Assembly: GCA_963611155.1 (NCBI GenBank)
Contig: CAVDRA010000001.1
Location: forward strand, 590-64,589
Source: a bacterium
GTDB taxonomy: Bacteria > Spirochaetota > Spirochaetia > Treponematales > Treponemataceae
Length of the DNA: 64,000 nucleotides
Direction: 5' to 3'
The notes beneath the pieces were generated by a model, which saw only the letters and a program-made list of their open reading frames with translations, made no database searches and was not told the DNA's origin. Shown here piece after piece: positions 21,260 to 30,864 of this stretch. Each line of letters begins with the position of its first letter. The stretch's first letter is position 1. The position numbers and the translations under genes are program-made.

Positions 21260-21542
21260 TAAATTCCTCCCTATAAAGCGCCCGTTAGAACAGGACCGCA
21301 AAGGCAAATCTGACGCCGCATAAAATGAAATTCATTTCCTTATCATGGCATCTGATATTTTATAATAGAATTTTTCCAGATTTATGAGTATCTTTATTCA
21401 AGAAATATTTAGAATTTAGAATGCAAAAAAAATCGAAAGCCAGCGCGTTTTTTTTTATGATAAGCACGCGCTGAATTTTTTCTGCTTAATAAGGCTTACC
21501 GCCGTATCAAAAAAAACATCTAAAAACAAAGTGGAGATTTTT

Positions 21543-21867
21543 ATGGAAATTACTGTCACAACACAAAACTTTGAAGATGAAGTCTTAAAATCAGACAAGC
21601 CTGTTCTTGTTTACTTTTGAGCTTCGTGGTGCGGCCCGCGCAAAATGCTTTCTCCGGTTATAAACGAGATTGCAAAAGCAAAAATCAGCGGCAATAAAAG
21701 TAGGCAAAGTGAATGTTGGCAGCGAGGGAGAACCGGCTCAAAAATTCGGAATCATGAGCATTCCTACCCAAATTTTGTTCAAAAACGGAAAAGCAGAAAA
21801 AACATCCGTCGGATTTATCCCAAAAGAACAAATTCTGTCAAACTTCGGACTTTTATTCAAAATTTAA
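21543..21867 (+). pseudogene. trxA: Thioredoxin pseudogene
   Basis: MEITVTTQNFEDEVLKSDKPVLVYF*ASWCGPRKMLSPVINEIA: in-frame TGA at 21618, WCGPC changed to WCGPR, then a frameshift into KVGKVNV...FGIMSIPTQILFKNGK. Confidence 0.88.
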
Positions 21868-21945
21868 GGCTTGGTCATTGAGCAAAAAGAAATGACTCTT
21901 CACATTTAAGGCGGTTTCTAAAAGCTCGGCCGCCGCTTATAGAAA

Positions 21946-23889
21946 ATGAATATTCTCTCGATTTCAGGCATTTCAAAAATGGGGCGGGAAAAACCGCTTT
22001 TTCAGGATGTTACATTCGGTCTTAATGAAGGCGACAAGGCTGCAATAATCGGCCGTAACGGAACAGGAAAATCAACTCTTCTGAACGTTATTGCAGGAGT
22101 TCTTCAGGCTGATAGCGGACAAATTGTCATTAACAAGAGCGCTGGAGTAAGCTATCTAAGCCAAAATCCCGAATTCGATGCGAACAATACAATCCGCGAG
22201 CATATTTTTAAGTCTCAAAGCCCAAAACTCAAAATCATCACTGAATATGAAGAAATCTGCGAAAAAATGGAAAAAGATCTTTCCAGTTCCCTGCAGACAA
22301 AATTTGACGAGCTTACCCAAAAAATGGAAAACGGAAATCTATGGAACTATGAAGCTCAAATCCGTTCGATACTCGGAGTGCTTGGAATTCATAATCTAAA
22401 CCGCAAGATAGCAGAGCTGAGCGGCGGAATGCTAAAAAAAGTCGCACTTGCCCAGGTTCTCGTAGAAGACACAAAACTTCTTCTGCTTGACGAGCCGACA
22501 AACCATCTAGACATTGAGACTATTTACTGGCTTCAAAATTATCTCGCTGAAACAAAGCGTTCTGTTTTGATGGTCACCCACGACAGATATTTTCTCGATG
22601 CGGTCTGCAACAATATTTACGAGCTGGCGCGCGGAAAACTCAGGCTTTACGAAGGAAACTACTCAGACTATCTTGAAAAAAAAGAAATTGAGGCAGAAAT
22701 CGAGGCAAACACAGAAAGAAGAATAGAGTCTGTTCTAAGATTCGAGCGAGACTGGCTTCAGCGCGGTCCTTGCGCACGGGGAACAAAAGCAAAGGCGAGA
22801 ATTCAGCGCGATATGCAGCTTATAAACCGCGAGAAATTCACAAAAGACAAGGGATTTCAGTTTGAAGTTGCCGGAAGAAGACTCGGCGGAAAAATTCTCG
22901 AGCTTCATTCAATTTGCAAGGATTTCAAAAAGACAAATGACACATCGCCTGTACTAAAAGATTTCAGCTATACATTTTCAAAAGGCGAAAAAATTGGAAT
23001 TTTCGGCGGCAACGGCACCGGAAAGTCAACGCTTCTGAACATAATCACAGGAGTTATCCAGCCAGATTCAGGCACAGTCATAAAAGGCGAGAATACACAT
23101 TTCGGATATTACCAACAAAATCCTCAGTTTAAAAATCTGAGCATGACAGTCCTTGAGTATATCGAAGAAGCCGCTGATGTGGTCAAAATGAACGATGGAA
23201 AAACATTGAGCGCTTCTCTTTTTCTTAAAGAATTTGGATTTGAGGGAAAAATCCAGCATTCAATGCTAAGCACTTTAAGCGGCGGCGAGCGGAAACGGAT
23301 TTTTCTTGTGCGCCTGTTAATTTCAAACCCGAATTTTCTAGTTCTTGACGAGCCGACAAACGATTTTGACATTTTCACAATGAATATTCTTGAGCAGTTT
23401 CTTCTGAATTACCAGGGCTGCCTTCTGATTGTGAGCCACGACCGTTATTTTATGGATAAAGTAGCGGATACTCTTTTCATAATGGAAGATGACGGAAATA
23501 TTTCAGGCTTTGTAGGAAAATGTTCTGAATACATAAACTTCAAAGAAGAAAAATCTAAAGAAGAGCAGACTCACAAGAAAGAGGCTGCTTCATCAAACAT
23601 GGATTCAGCCACACGCAATACTGACAATGCGCATAAAACTCCGTCAGAACAAAAATCAGGCCAAGCGCCTGTAAAAAAAAGAAAACGCACATTCAAAGAA
23701 CAAAAAGAATTCGAGCAGCTTGAAGAAAAAATCATGGAGCTTGAAGAAAGAAAATCCGAGCTTGTATCGACTATGGCTTCAAGTGACTATTCAACAGCAC
23801 AGAAAGCAGGAGAAGAATACAAAAAAAACGAGGAGCTTCTCGCAAAATCGTATGAACGCTGGGAAACGCTTGCAGATTTTGAGGGATAA
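21946..23889 (+). CDS. ABC-F family ATPase (Uup/YfmR-like)
   Basis: Two ABC domains, ARGTKAKARI linker, C-terminal coiled coil ending YERWETLA. Confidence 0.88.
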   Translation: MNILSISGISKMGREKPLFQDVTFGLNEGDKAAIIGRNGTGKSTLLNVIAGVLQADSGQIVINKSAGVSYLSQNPEFDANNTIREHIFKSQSPKLKIITEYEEICEKMEKDLSSSLQTKFDELTQKMENGNLWNYEAQIRSILGVLGIHNLNRKIAELSGGMLKKVALAQVLVEDTKLLLLDEPTNHLDIETIYWLQNYLAETKRSVLMVTHDRYFLDAVCNNIYELARGKLRLYEGNYSDYLEKKEIEAEIEANTERRIESVLRFERDWLQRGPCARGTKAKARIQRDMQLINREKFTKDKGFQFEVAGRRLGGKILELHSICKDFKKTNDTSPVLKDFSYTFSKGEKIGIFGGNGTGKSTLLNIITGVIQPDSGTVIKGENTHFGYYQQNPQFKNLSMTVLEYIEEAADVVKMNDGKTLSASLFLKEFGFEGKIQHSMLSTLSGGERKRIFLVRLLISNPNFLVLDEPTNDFDIFTMNILEQFLLNYQGCLLIVSHDRYFMDKVADTLFIMEDDGNISGFVGKCSEYINFKEEKSKEEQTHKKEAASSNMDSATRNTDNAHKTPSEQKSGQAPVKKRKRTFKEQKEFEQLEEKIMELEERKSELVSTMASSDYSTAQKAGEEYKKNEELLAKSYERWETLADFEG

Positions 23890-24074
23890 ACTCTTCCAGC
23901 TAGGTCAAACAGATATGCTAGAATTTTAATAGGAAATGATTACGCTTTAATTTTCTGACAAGACAATTTTCTGTTTATCTTATTCAAAAGCACATAGACA
24001 TGCCGAAAAAACAGTTTTAAGGCGTTAGAATTTTCTTTAATTTTACAATATCACATGTTAGAATTACCAACATA

Positions 24075-26216
24075 ATGGACTTGATTCATACATCAGCAGG
24101 AAGACCTCTTGAAACTGGAACAATGGTCACATCTAAGGGAGTTTATTTTAGCGTCTACAGCAGAAATGCAACAGCCATCTTTCTTGAGCTTTTCAGCACA
24201 CCAGACGCAGAAAAGCCATCGTATACAATCGAATTAACAGCTGAAAAAAACAGAACCGGAGATGTGTGGCATGTGTTTGTTGAAGGGTTAAAACCAGGCG
24301 CGCTCTACCTTTACCGAGCAAACGGTCCAAATGACATTTCAAAAGGATTCCGTTTCAATAAAAACCAGTATCTTTTTGACCCGTTCGCAAAAGCATTCAC
24401 AGACGGTTCTGTATTCAGATATTTAAAGCCCGGGCGGCAATGGGATTTGTCAAAATCACCAAAATGCGTAGTCGTTGACGATGACGACTACGACTGGGGA
24501 GATGATCATCCACTTAAAATTCCGCTTGAGCGCTCCATAATTTACGAAATGCATGTAAAAGGATTCACAGCCTCGCCTACCTCAAACGTCTGTGAACCTG
24601 GAACCTACAAAGGAGTAATCGAAAAGATTCCTTATCTTCAGTCGCTTGGAATCAGCGCAGTAGAGCTGCTTCCAATTATGGAATTTGACGAGTACGAAAA
24701 CATGAATATAAATCCGCGCACTGGTTCCCCGCTAAAAAATTACTGGGGATACAGCACGATCGGATTTTTCGCGCCAAAAGCAAAATACTCTAGCGACAAG
24801 ACACCTGGCGGCGCCGTTCGGGAATTCAAGGACATGATAAAAGCATTTCACAATGCAGGAATCGAAGTGATTCTCGATGTTGTTTTCAACCATACGGCGG
24901 AAGGAAATGAAAAAGGCGTCACCCTTAATTTCCGAGGCTTCGACAACTCAATCTTCTACCATCTAACAAACGGCGACAAGCAATATTATCAGAACTACAC
25001 AGGATGCGGAAATTCGATAAACGCGAATCATCCTGTCGTGCAGAATTTTATTTTGAACTGCCTCCGATATTGGGTCATAAAAATGCATGTCGACGGTTTT
25101 CGCTTTGATCTGGCAACGGAGCTTACAAGAGACGAAAACGGCTTTGTTTCAACTTCAACTCCGCTAACACGGAGAATTGCAGAGGATCCTGTTCTTTCGA
25201 ACACAAAAATCATTGCCGAACCGTGGGACGCAGACGGAGGCTATCAGATCGGAAATTTCCCGGGCGGAAGATGGTGCGAGTGGAACGACCATTACAGAGA
25301 CGGGATCAGAAAATTTATCCGCGGAGACGAGCATACTTCCACTGAAGCGGCGACAAGAATCTCTGGCTCAAGCGACCTTTACTCGCTAAGCGGGCGCGGC
25401 CCGATTCATTCAATAAACTATATTGACGCGCACGACGGATTCACAATGAACGATCTTGTAACATACAATTTCAAGCACAATGATGACAACGGAGAGGAAA
25501 ACAGAGACGGAAGCGACAACAATCTAAGCTACAACTACGGCTGCGAAGGTCCTGTTATCAATCCTAAAATTGAATGCAAACGAATCCGGCAAATCAAAAA
25601 TTTCTTTACGGCGCTTCTTGTCTCTCAAGGAGTTCCGATGTTTGCAGCAGGAGACGAATCAAGAAGAACTCAAAACGGAAACAATAACGCATACTGCCAA
25701 GACAATGAAGAAAGCTGGCTCAACTGGGATAATGTCAAAAACAACGCGACGCTTTATGAATTCGTACAGACACTAATCACAATGAGAACAAAGCATCCGG
25801 TCTTTCACAGAAGAAATTTCTTCGGCGGAAATTCCACAAGCCAATTCAACAACCCGCCAGACATAAGCTGGTTTGACTCTAACGCAATGGTTCCAAACTG
25901 GGAAAAGCTGAGCCGTTTTCTGGCGTTCAGACTCGGAGGCCGGGCAACAGGCCTAAAAGAGGAAGACAATGATTTTTACATTGCGATGAATATGGATATT
26001 CATGACATGACGCTTACAATCCCTGGAGCTTCGACTGGAAACAAATGGTTCCGGCTCGTTGACACTTCAATCGAAAACAGGAAAGCGGCTCTTCTTTCAA
26101 GCCAGGCGGAAGAGCTTCAAAATCAAAAGCATTATGTTATTCTGGCAAATTCAATTCTGGTTCTAATATCAAAACCGATAGAAAAACAGGAAAACCTTCA
26201 GGAGGAGAAAATATGA
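24075..26216 (+). CDS. glgX: Glycogen debranching enzyme/isoamylase (GH13)
   Basis: NYWGYST, DVVFNHTAEG, DGFRFDLA, IAEPWD, AHDGFT, TQNGNNNAYCQDN. Confidence 0.94.
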   Translation: MDLIHTSAGRPLETGTMVTSKGVYFSVYSRNATAIFLELFSTPDAEKPSYTIELTAEKNRTGDVWHVFVEGLKPGALYLYRANGPNDISKGFRFNKNQYLFDPFAKAFTDGSVFRYLKPGRQWDLSKSPKCVVVDDDDYDWGDDHPLKIPLERSIIYEMHVKGFTASPTSNVCEPGTYKGVIEKIPYLQSLGISAVELLPIMEFDEYENMNINPRTGSPLKNYWGYSTIGFFAPKAKYSSDKTPGGAVREFKDMIKAFHNAGIEVILDVVFNHTAEGNEKGVTLNFRGFDNSIFYHLTNGDKQYYQNYTGCGNSINANHPVVQNFILNCLRYWVIKMHVDGFRFDLATELTRDENGFVSTSTPLTRRIAEDPVLSNTKIIAEPWDADGGYQIGNFPGGRWCEWNDHYRDGIRKFIRGDEHTSTEAATRISGSSDLYSLSGRGPIHSINYIDAHDGFTMNDLVTYNFKHNDDNGEENRDGSDNNLSYNYGCEGPVINPKIECKRIRQIKNFFTALLVSQGVPMFAAGDESRRTQNGNNNAYCQDNEESWLNWDNVKNNATLYEFVQTLITMRTKHPVFHRRNFFGGNSTSQFNNPPDISWFDSNAMVPNWEKLSRFLAFRLGGRATGLKEEDNDFYIAMNMDIHDMTLTIPGASTGNKWFRLVDTSIENRKAALLSSQAEELQNQKHYVILANSILVLISKPIEKQENLQEEKI

Positions 26217-28681
26217 AGTTTGACGCAGAGAAATTCCGAGAAAATCTTGCAGCTAGGCTGAGACGCCAATACGGAAAAGACATATCTCAGGCAAACAGCC
26301 ATGATTTGTTTGACGCAGTTTCAGCGTCCGTGCAGGAGATAATCTTGCCAGCATGGATGGCAACCCGCAACGAATACGAAAAAAAAACGACAAAAAAGGT
26401 CTATTATCTTTCTGCTGAATTTCTGATGGGAAGAGCTTTAAGCAATAATCTTATCAATCTTGGAATAAAGGAAGAAGTCAAAAAAGTTCTCGGCGATATG
26501 AACATTAATTATGATCAGATCGAAGATGAAGAGCCTGACGCAGGACTTGGAAACGGAGGGCTCGGGCGTCTTGCGGCCTGTTTTCTTGACTCGCTTGCAA
26601 CTTTAGACTATCCGGGACACGGATACGGAATCCGCTATGAGTACGGAATGTTCGAGCAAAAAATCCAGAACGGCTATCAAGTTGAATATCCTGACAACTG
26701 GCTAAAACATCGCGACCCGTGGGAAGTAAAACGAAGCGACCTTTCTGTAACCGTAAAATTCGGCGGAGAAATCAAGTATGGAAAGACTCCTGACGGACAA
26801 GACCGGTTCTATCTTGAAAACGCGGAAGAAGTAACCGCAACACCTTATGATATGCCGATTGTCGGATTCGACACGAACACAGTGAATACGCTTCGTCTCT
26901 GGCAGGCTTCTTCTCCAAACGGATTTGACCTGCAGCTTTTCAATGACATGAGATACAATGAAGCTGTCTACAGGCAAAACAACGCAGAAAATATCACCAG
27001 AGTTCTTTATCCGAACGATAACGGTCCGCAGGGAAAAACACTCAGGCTGAAACAACAATATTTCTTCTGCTCAGCATCTCTTCAAGATTTGGTTCATCAT
27101 TTCGTTGCCGATCACGGAACCGATTTCTCAAAATTTCCTGATTATCATGTAATTCAGCTGAACGATACTCACCCAGTTGTCGCTATTCCTGAACTGATGC
27201 GAATTCTCATGGACGAATATGGAATGGGCTGGAATGACTCTTGGTCAATTGTCCAGAAAACATTCGCCTACACAAACCATACAATTCTTGCGGAGGCGCT
27301 TGAAAAATGGGATGTCTCAATATTCCAGGAGCTTCTGCCGCGAATTTATCAGATTGTAGAAGAAATCAACCGCCGCTTCCTGATTGAGCTGCGCGCAAAA
27401 TATCCGAATGATTACGCTAAGCAAACAAGAATGAGCATTATCCACGACGGAAAAGTCTATATGGCATGGCTTGCAATTCATTCCGGCTTCAGTGTAAACG
27501 GAGTAGCGGTGCTTCACACTGAACTTTTAAAAAATGTGGAGCTTCGGGACTGGCACGAGCTTTATCCTGAGAAATTCAACAACAAGACAAATGGAATTAC
27601 TCAGCGCCGGTGGCTCTTAGATTCCAACCCTGAACTTGCCGAATTCATCACAAAAAGAATCGGCCATGGCTGGGAAAAAGATTTGACAAAACTCAAGGAC
27701 CTTGAAAAATACATTGACGATGAAAAATCGCTAGACGAGCTTATTTCAATAAAGGCGCACAACAAAGATGCTCTTGTGGAATATCTCAAGCACAAGCAAA
27801 ATGAGTTCTTAGATCCTGATTCGATTTTTGACGTTCAGGTAAAACGTCTCCACGAATACAAACGGCAGCTCTTGAATATTCTTCACATAATGTATCTCTA
27901 CAACAGAATTATCGAGGATCCGAGTTACAATGCCCCGAACAGAACATTTATCTTCGGAGCAAAGTCAGCATCCGGCTACAGACGGGCAAAATCAATCATC
28001 AAGCTGATTAACACAGTCGCAGAAAGAGTTAACAACGACCGGCGAGTCGGAGGAAAGCTCCGTGTTGTATTCATCGAAAACTACAGGGTTTCAGTCGCAG
28101 AAAAAATCTTCCCGGCAGCCGACGTTTCTGAGCAAATTTCCACAGCAGGCAAAGAGGCGTCTGGAACCTCAAATATGAAATTCATGATAAACGGCGCGCT
28201 CACGCTAGGAACGCTCGACGGCGCAAATATTGAGATTTTCCAGGAAGCAGGAAAAGAAAACAACTTCGTGTTCGGTCTGACAACAGAGGATATCCAGAAA
28301 ATGGAAAACGAACACTCTTATAACCCGCAGCAGTACCTTGAACGAAGCCCGGCTTTAGCAAAAGTTGTCGAACAGCTTATTGACGGCACTTACGACCCGA
28401 GCCATCAGCTATTCAAGGAGCTCCATGACTCTCTCGTCTACGGAGTTGAAGGCCAGCGTCCCGACGTCTACTATGTCCTAGCCGACTTTGATCTTTACCG
28501 CAAAGCTCAGGAAAAAGTTGCAGAAGCATATAAAGACAAGAAAAACTGGGCCAGAAAAACCTTAATCAACATCGCAAACAGCGGAAAATTCTCTTCTGAC
28601 CGGACAATTGAAGAATATGTACGAGACATTTGGCATATAAAGAAAGTAACAGTTCCGGAAGAGGATGTGGAAAGAATCTGA
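26213..28681 (+). CDS. glgP: Glycogen/alpha-glucan phosphorylase
   Basis: GLGNGGLGRLAACFLDS, QLNDTHP, KRLHEYKRQ, EASGTSNMKF; ATGA overlap with glgX. Confidence 0.96.
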   Translation: MKFDAEKFRENLAARLRRQYGKDISQANSHDLFDAVSASVQEIILPAWMATRNEYEKKTTKKVYYLSAEFLMGRALSNNLINLGIKEEVKKVLGDMNINYDQIEDEEPDAGLGNGGLGRLAACFLDSLATLDYPGHGYGIRYEYGMFEQKIQNGYQVEYPDNWLKHRDPWEVKRSDLSVTVKFGGEIKYGKTPDGQDRFYLENAEEVTATPYDMPIVGFDTNTVNTLRLWQASSPNGFDLQLFNDMRYNEAVYRQNNAENITRVLYPNDNGPQGKTLRLKQQYFFCSASLQDLVHHFVADHGTDFSKFPDYHVIQLNDTHPVVAIPELMRILMDEYGMGWNDSWSIVQKTFAYTNHTILAEALEKWDVSIFQELLPRIYQIVEEINRRFLIELRAKYPNDYAKQTRMSIIHDGKVYMAWLAIHSGFSVNGVAVLHTELLKNVELRDWHELYPEKFNNKTNGITQRRWLLDSNPELAEFITKRIGHGWEKDLTKLKDLEKYIDDEKSLDELISIKAHNKDALVEYLKHKQNEFLDPDSIFDVQVKRLHEYKRQLLNILHIMYLYNRIIEDPSYNAPNRTFIFGAKSASGYRRAKSIIKLINTVAERVNNDRRVGGKLRVVFIENYRVSVAEKIFPAADVSEQISTAGKEASGTSNMKFMINGALTLGTLDGANIEIFQEAGKENNFVFGLTTEDIQKMENEHSYNPQQYLERSPALAKVVEQLIDGTYDPSHQLFKELHDSLVYGVEGQRPDVYYVLADFDLYRKAQEKVAEAYKDKKNWARKTLINIANSGKFSSDRTIEEYVRDIWHIKKVTVPEEDVERI

Positions 28682-28957
28682 TAGTTCTGAAAGCCGCAAT
28701 TCATTCTAAAAACGTTTGAGCGAATTGCGGCTTTTTTTGTCTTTCATCAGACATTAAGCATCCAGAGATTTCGTTTCAATTCATTTTAAAAAGAAAAAAG
28801 GGCTGCGGCCTTTATGAAAAATCAAAAATATTAAAATAAGCGGCAACCAACTTAACCGTTGTTGGCAAATCTTTTTTGTTTAGCATTGCCGCTTAACATG
28901 CAAAATGCTAGAAAAGTCTGCAAAAAAACAAGACTCACCCTAGCAAAAGAAGAAGCT

Positions 28958-30517
28958 TTAATCTTCCATTTTTTTATATGCCTCAAATTCGCGGATCATC
29001 TCAGGATCCCGATTCTTGTCTAAAAGCGAAACAGCTACTGTCAAAACAAGGCAAACTAAAAAACCTGGAATAATTTCGTACAAGTCAAAAAATCCTCCGT
29101 GCAGCTGGTGCCAGAGAACAACCACTATTCCGCCGCCGATAAGTCCCGCGATGGCTCCTTTAGCGGTCGTCTTCTTCCAGAAAAGCGCCAGAAGAATCAA
29201 AGGCCCAAAAGTTGCACCGAAACCAGCCCAGGCATACGAGACAAGACCGAAAATTGAACTGTCAGGATTAAGAGAAAGGAAAAACGCTACAAGAGAAATC
29301 AGGAAAATCACAAAGCGGCTCACATTCAAAACTTCCTTTTCGCTCGCATTCTTCTTGAAGATTCCCTTGTATAAATCCTGGCTTACAGCAGACGAGGCCG
29401 CCAACAGCTGAGAATCGGCAGTTGACATTGAAGCCGCAAGGATAGCGCAAAGAAAAAGCCCTGCGATAAACGACGGATACATTGACTGCATTGTCTCTGA
29501 AAAAACAGTTTCCGCATCCCCAAAATGCGAAACTCCGTCAATCAAAATATTTTCTCCGCCTGTTCCAAGAAGAATTCCATGGCGCAGCAAGAAAGACGTT
29601 CCAAGAGTTCCGATCAAAAAAGTTCCAACATAAGAAACTACCATCCATACGGTTCCGATTCTGCGGGCCTTCTTTATCTCGCCGTTTGAGCGGATCCCCA
29701 TAAAGCGCACAATAATATGCGGCATTCCAAAATATCCAAGCCCCCACGCAAGAGCTGAAACAATGCTCATTGCGCTAAAAGAAGAATTTGCGGCAAAAGC
29801 GGCTTTCATTTTTTCACCAAACTCGCCTGCAACAGCACGCGCATCAAACGCCTGAACAGCGCTTATAGCTTCTGCCGGACCGCCCAGCGCAATCACAGCA
29901 ATCGCCCCGGAAAGCACAAACGCGCAGAAAATCAGCGCTCCCTGAACAAAATCCGTGTTGCAAACCGCTGTATATCCGCCGGTAATCGTATAGCAAAGAA
30001 TTACAACAAGTCCGATTGCCAAACCTGCATGATAAGGAAGAGCGAAAACAGAATTAAAAAGCTTCGCGCATGCGACAAATCCCGAAGCCGTATAAATCGT
30101 AAAAAAGAAAACAATAAAAATCACGCACAAGACAGAAAGAACATGGGTTTTATCCTTAAACCTGTTCTGAAAAAACTCAGGAATCGTAATCGAGTCCCCA
30201 AACGCAATCGAACATTTTCTCAAAGGCTTGGCGACAATCAGCCAGTTCAAGTAAGTGCCGATTACAAGCCCCATAGCCGTCCAGAAAGTTTCCTTTATTC
30301 CGCCAAGATAGCAAAGTCCAGGCAATCCCATCAAAAGCCAAGCAGAAGAATCCGAAGCTTCCGCAGAAATAGCCGTAACCCACGGACCGACGCTGCGTCC
30401 GCCCAAAAAGAAGTCCGACGCATTAGAGTTTTTGCTCGCGCTTCTAAGCCCGATATAAACCATAAAGCCAAGATAAAGCACAAAAGCAATAATTTTCGCA
30501 AATGTAGACGAATCCAC
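28958..30517 (-). CDS. putP: Sodium/proline symporter (SSS family)
   Basis: FFLGGRSVGPWVTAISAEASD, WGLGYFGMPHI, AASMSTADSQLL, WAGFGATFGP; probable GTG start at 30517 after GGAGG. Confidence 0.9.
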   Translation of the reverse strand: MDSSTFAKIIAFVLYLGFMVYIGLRSASKNSNASDFFLGGRSVGPWVTAISAEASDSSAWLLMGLPGLCYLGGIKETFWTAMGLVIGTYLNWLIVAKPLRKCSIAFGDSITIPEFFQNRFKDKTHVLSVLCVIFIVFFFTIYTASGFVACAKLFNSVFALPYHAGLAIGLVVILCYTITGGYTAVCNTDFVQGALIFCAFVLSGAIAVIALGGPAEAISAVQAFDARAVAGEFGEKMKAAFAANSSFSAMSIVSALAWGLGYFGMPHIIVRFMGIRSNGEIKKARRIGTVWMVVSYVGTFLIGTLGTSFLLRHGILLGTGGENILIDGVSHFGDAETVFSETMQSMYPSFIAGLFLCAILAASMSTADSQLLAASSAVSQDLYKGIFKKNASEKEVLNVSRFVIFLISLVAFFLSLNPDSSIFGLVSYAWAGFGATFGPLILLALFWKKTTAKGAIAGLIGGGIVVVLWHQLHGGFFDLYEIIPGFLVCLVLTVAVSLLDKNRDPEMIREFEAYKKMED

Positions 30518-30616
30518 TTTTTTACCTCCAATTTTTACCGGAGATTTTAAATTAAAACGGAACTCTCCACAATAAACTAACATATAAACATTCAGGAAAA
30601 TAAATTTTTTGACATA

Positions 30617-30708
30617 AGGGGAGAAGTCTCTCCCCTAGCTCGCACTTCGTTGCTCACATACCCCACTCTGCGGGGCAGCTTTTTTTGCACTTCCGCCCCG
30701 CAACGCCC
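30617..30708. repeat. Dispersed structured palindromic element, family A, copy 1
   Basis: AGGGGAGA-AGTC-TCTCCCCT hairpin...ACCCC...GCGGGGC/GCCCCGC hairpin-AACGCCC; same layout as 55464-55546. Confidence 0.7.
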
Positions 30709-30864
30709 CAGCACACTCATGTCTTTATTGTTCTAATTTCAAAAAAAACAGGATAATTACGTTAAAAAACATTCTGGACAAAGTTTTTATATACGCGTTC
30801 TTAATTGAAATTCGTTTTTATCATCATTAAAATTAAATTTATCATTTGAAAAAGGAGTAACAAA

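Noticed and set aside
21380..21402. Possible ARG box upstream of argC (TGAGTATCTTTATTCA)
   Set aside because: Half-site spacing does not match the ArgR consensus.
21618..21620. In-frame TGA in thioredoxin as selenocysteine or recoded Trp
   Set aside because: It falls at a Trp position, not a Cys position; the gene has other lesions; TGA is a normal stop in other genes here.
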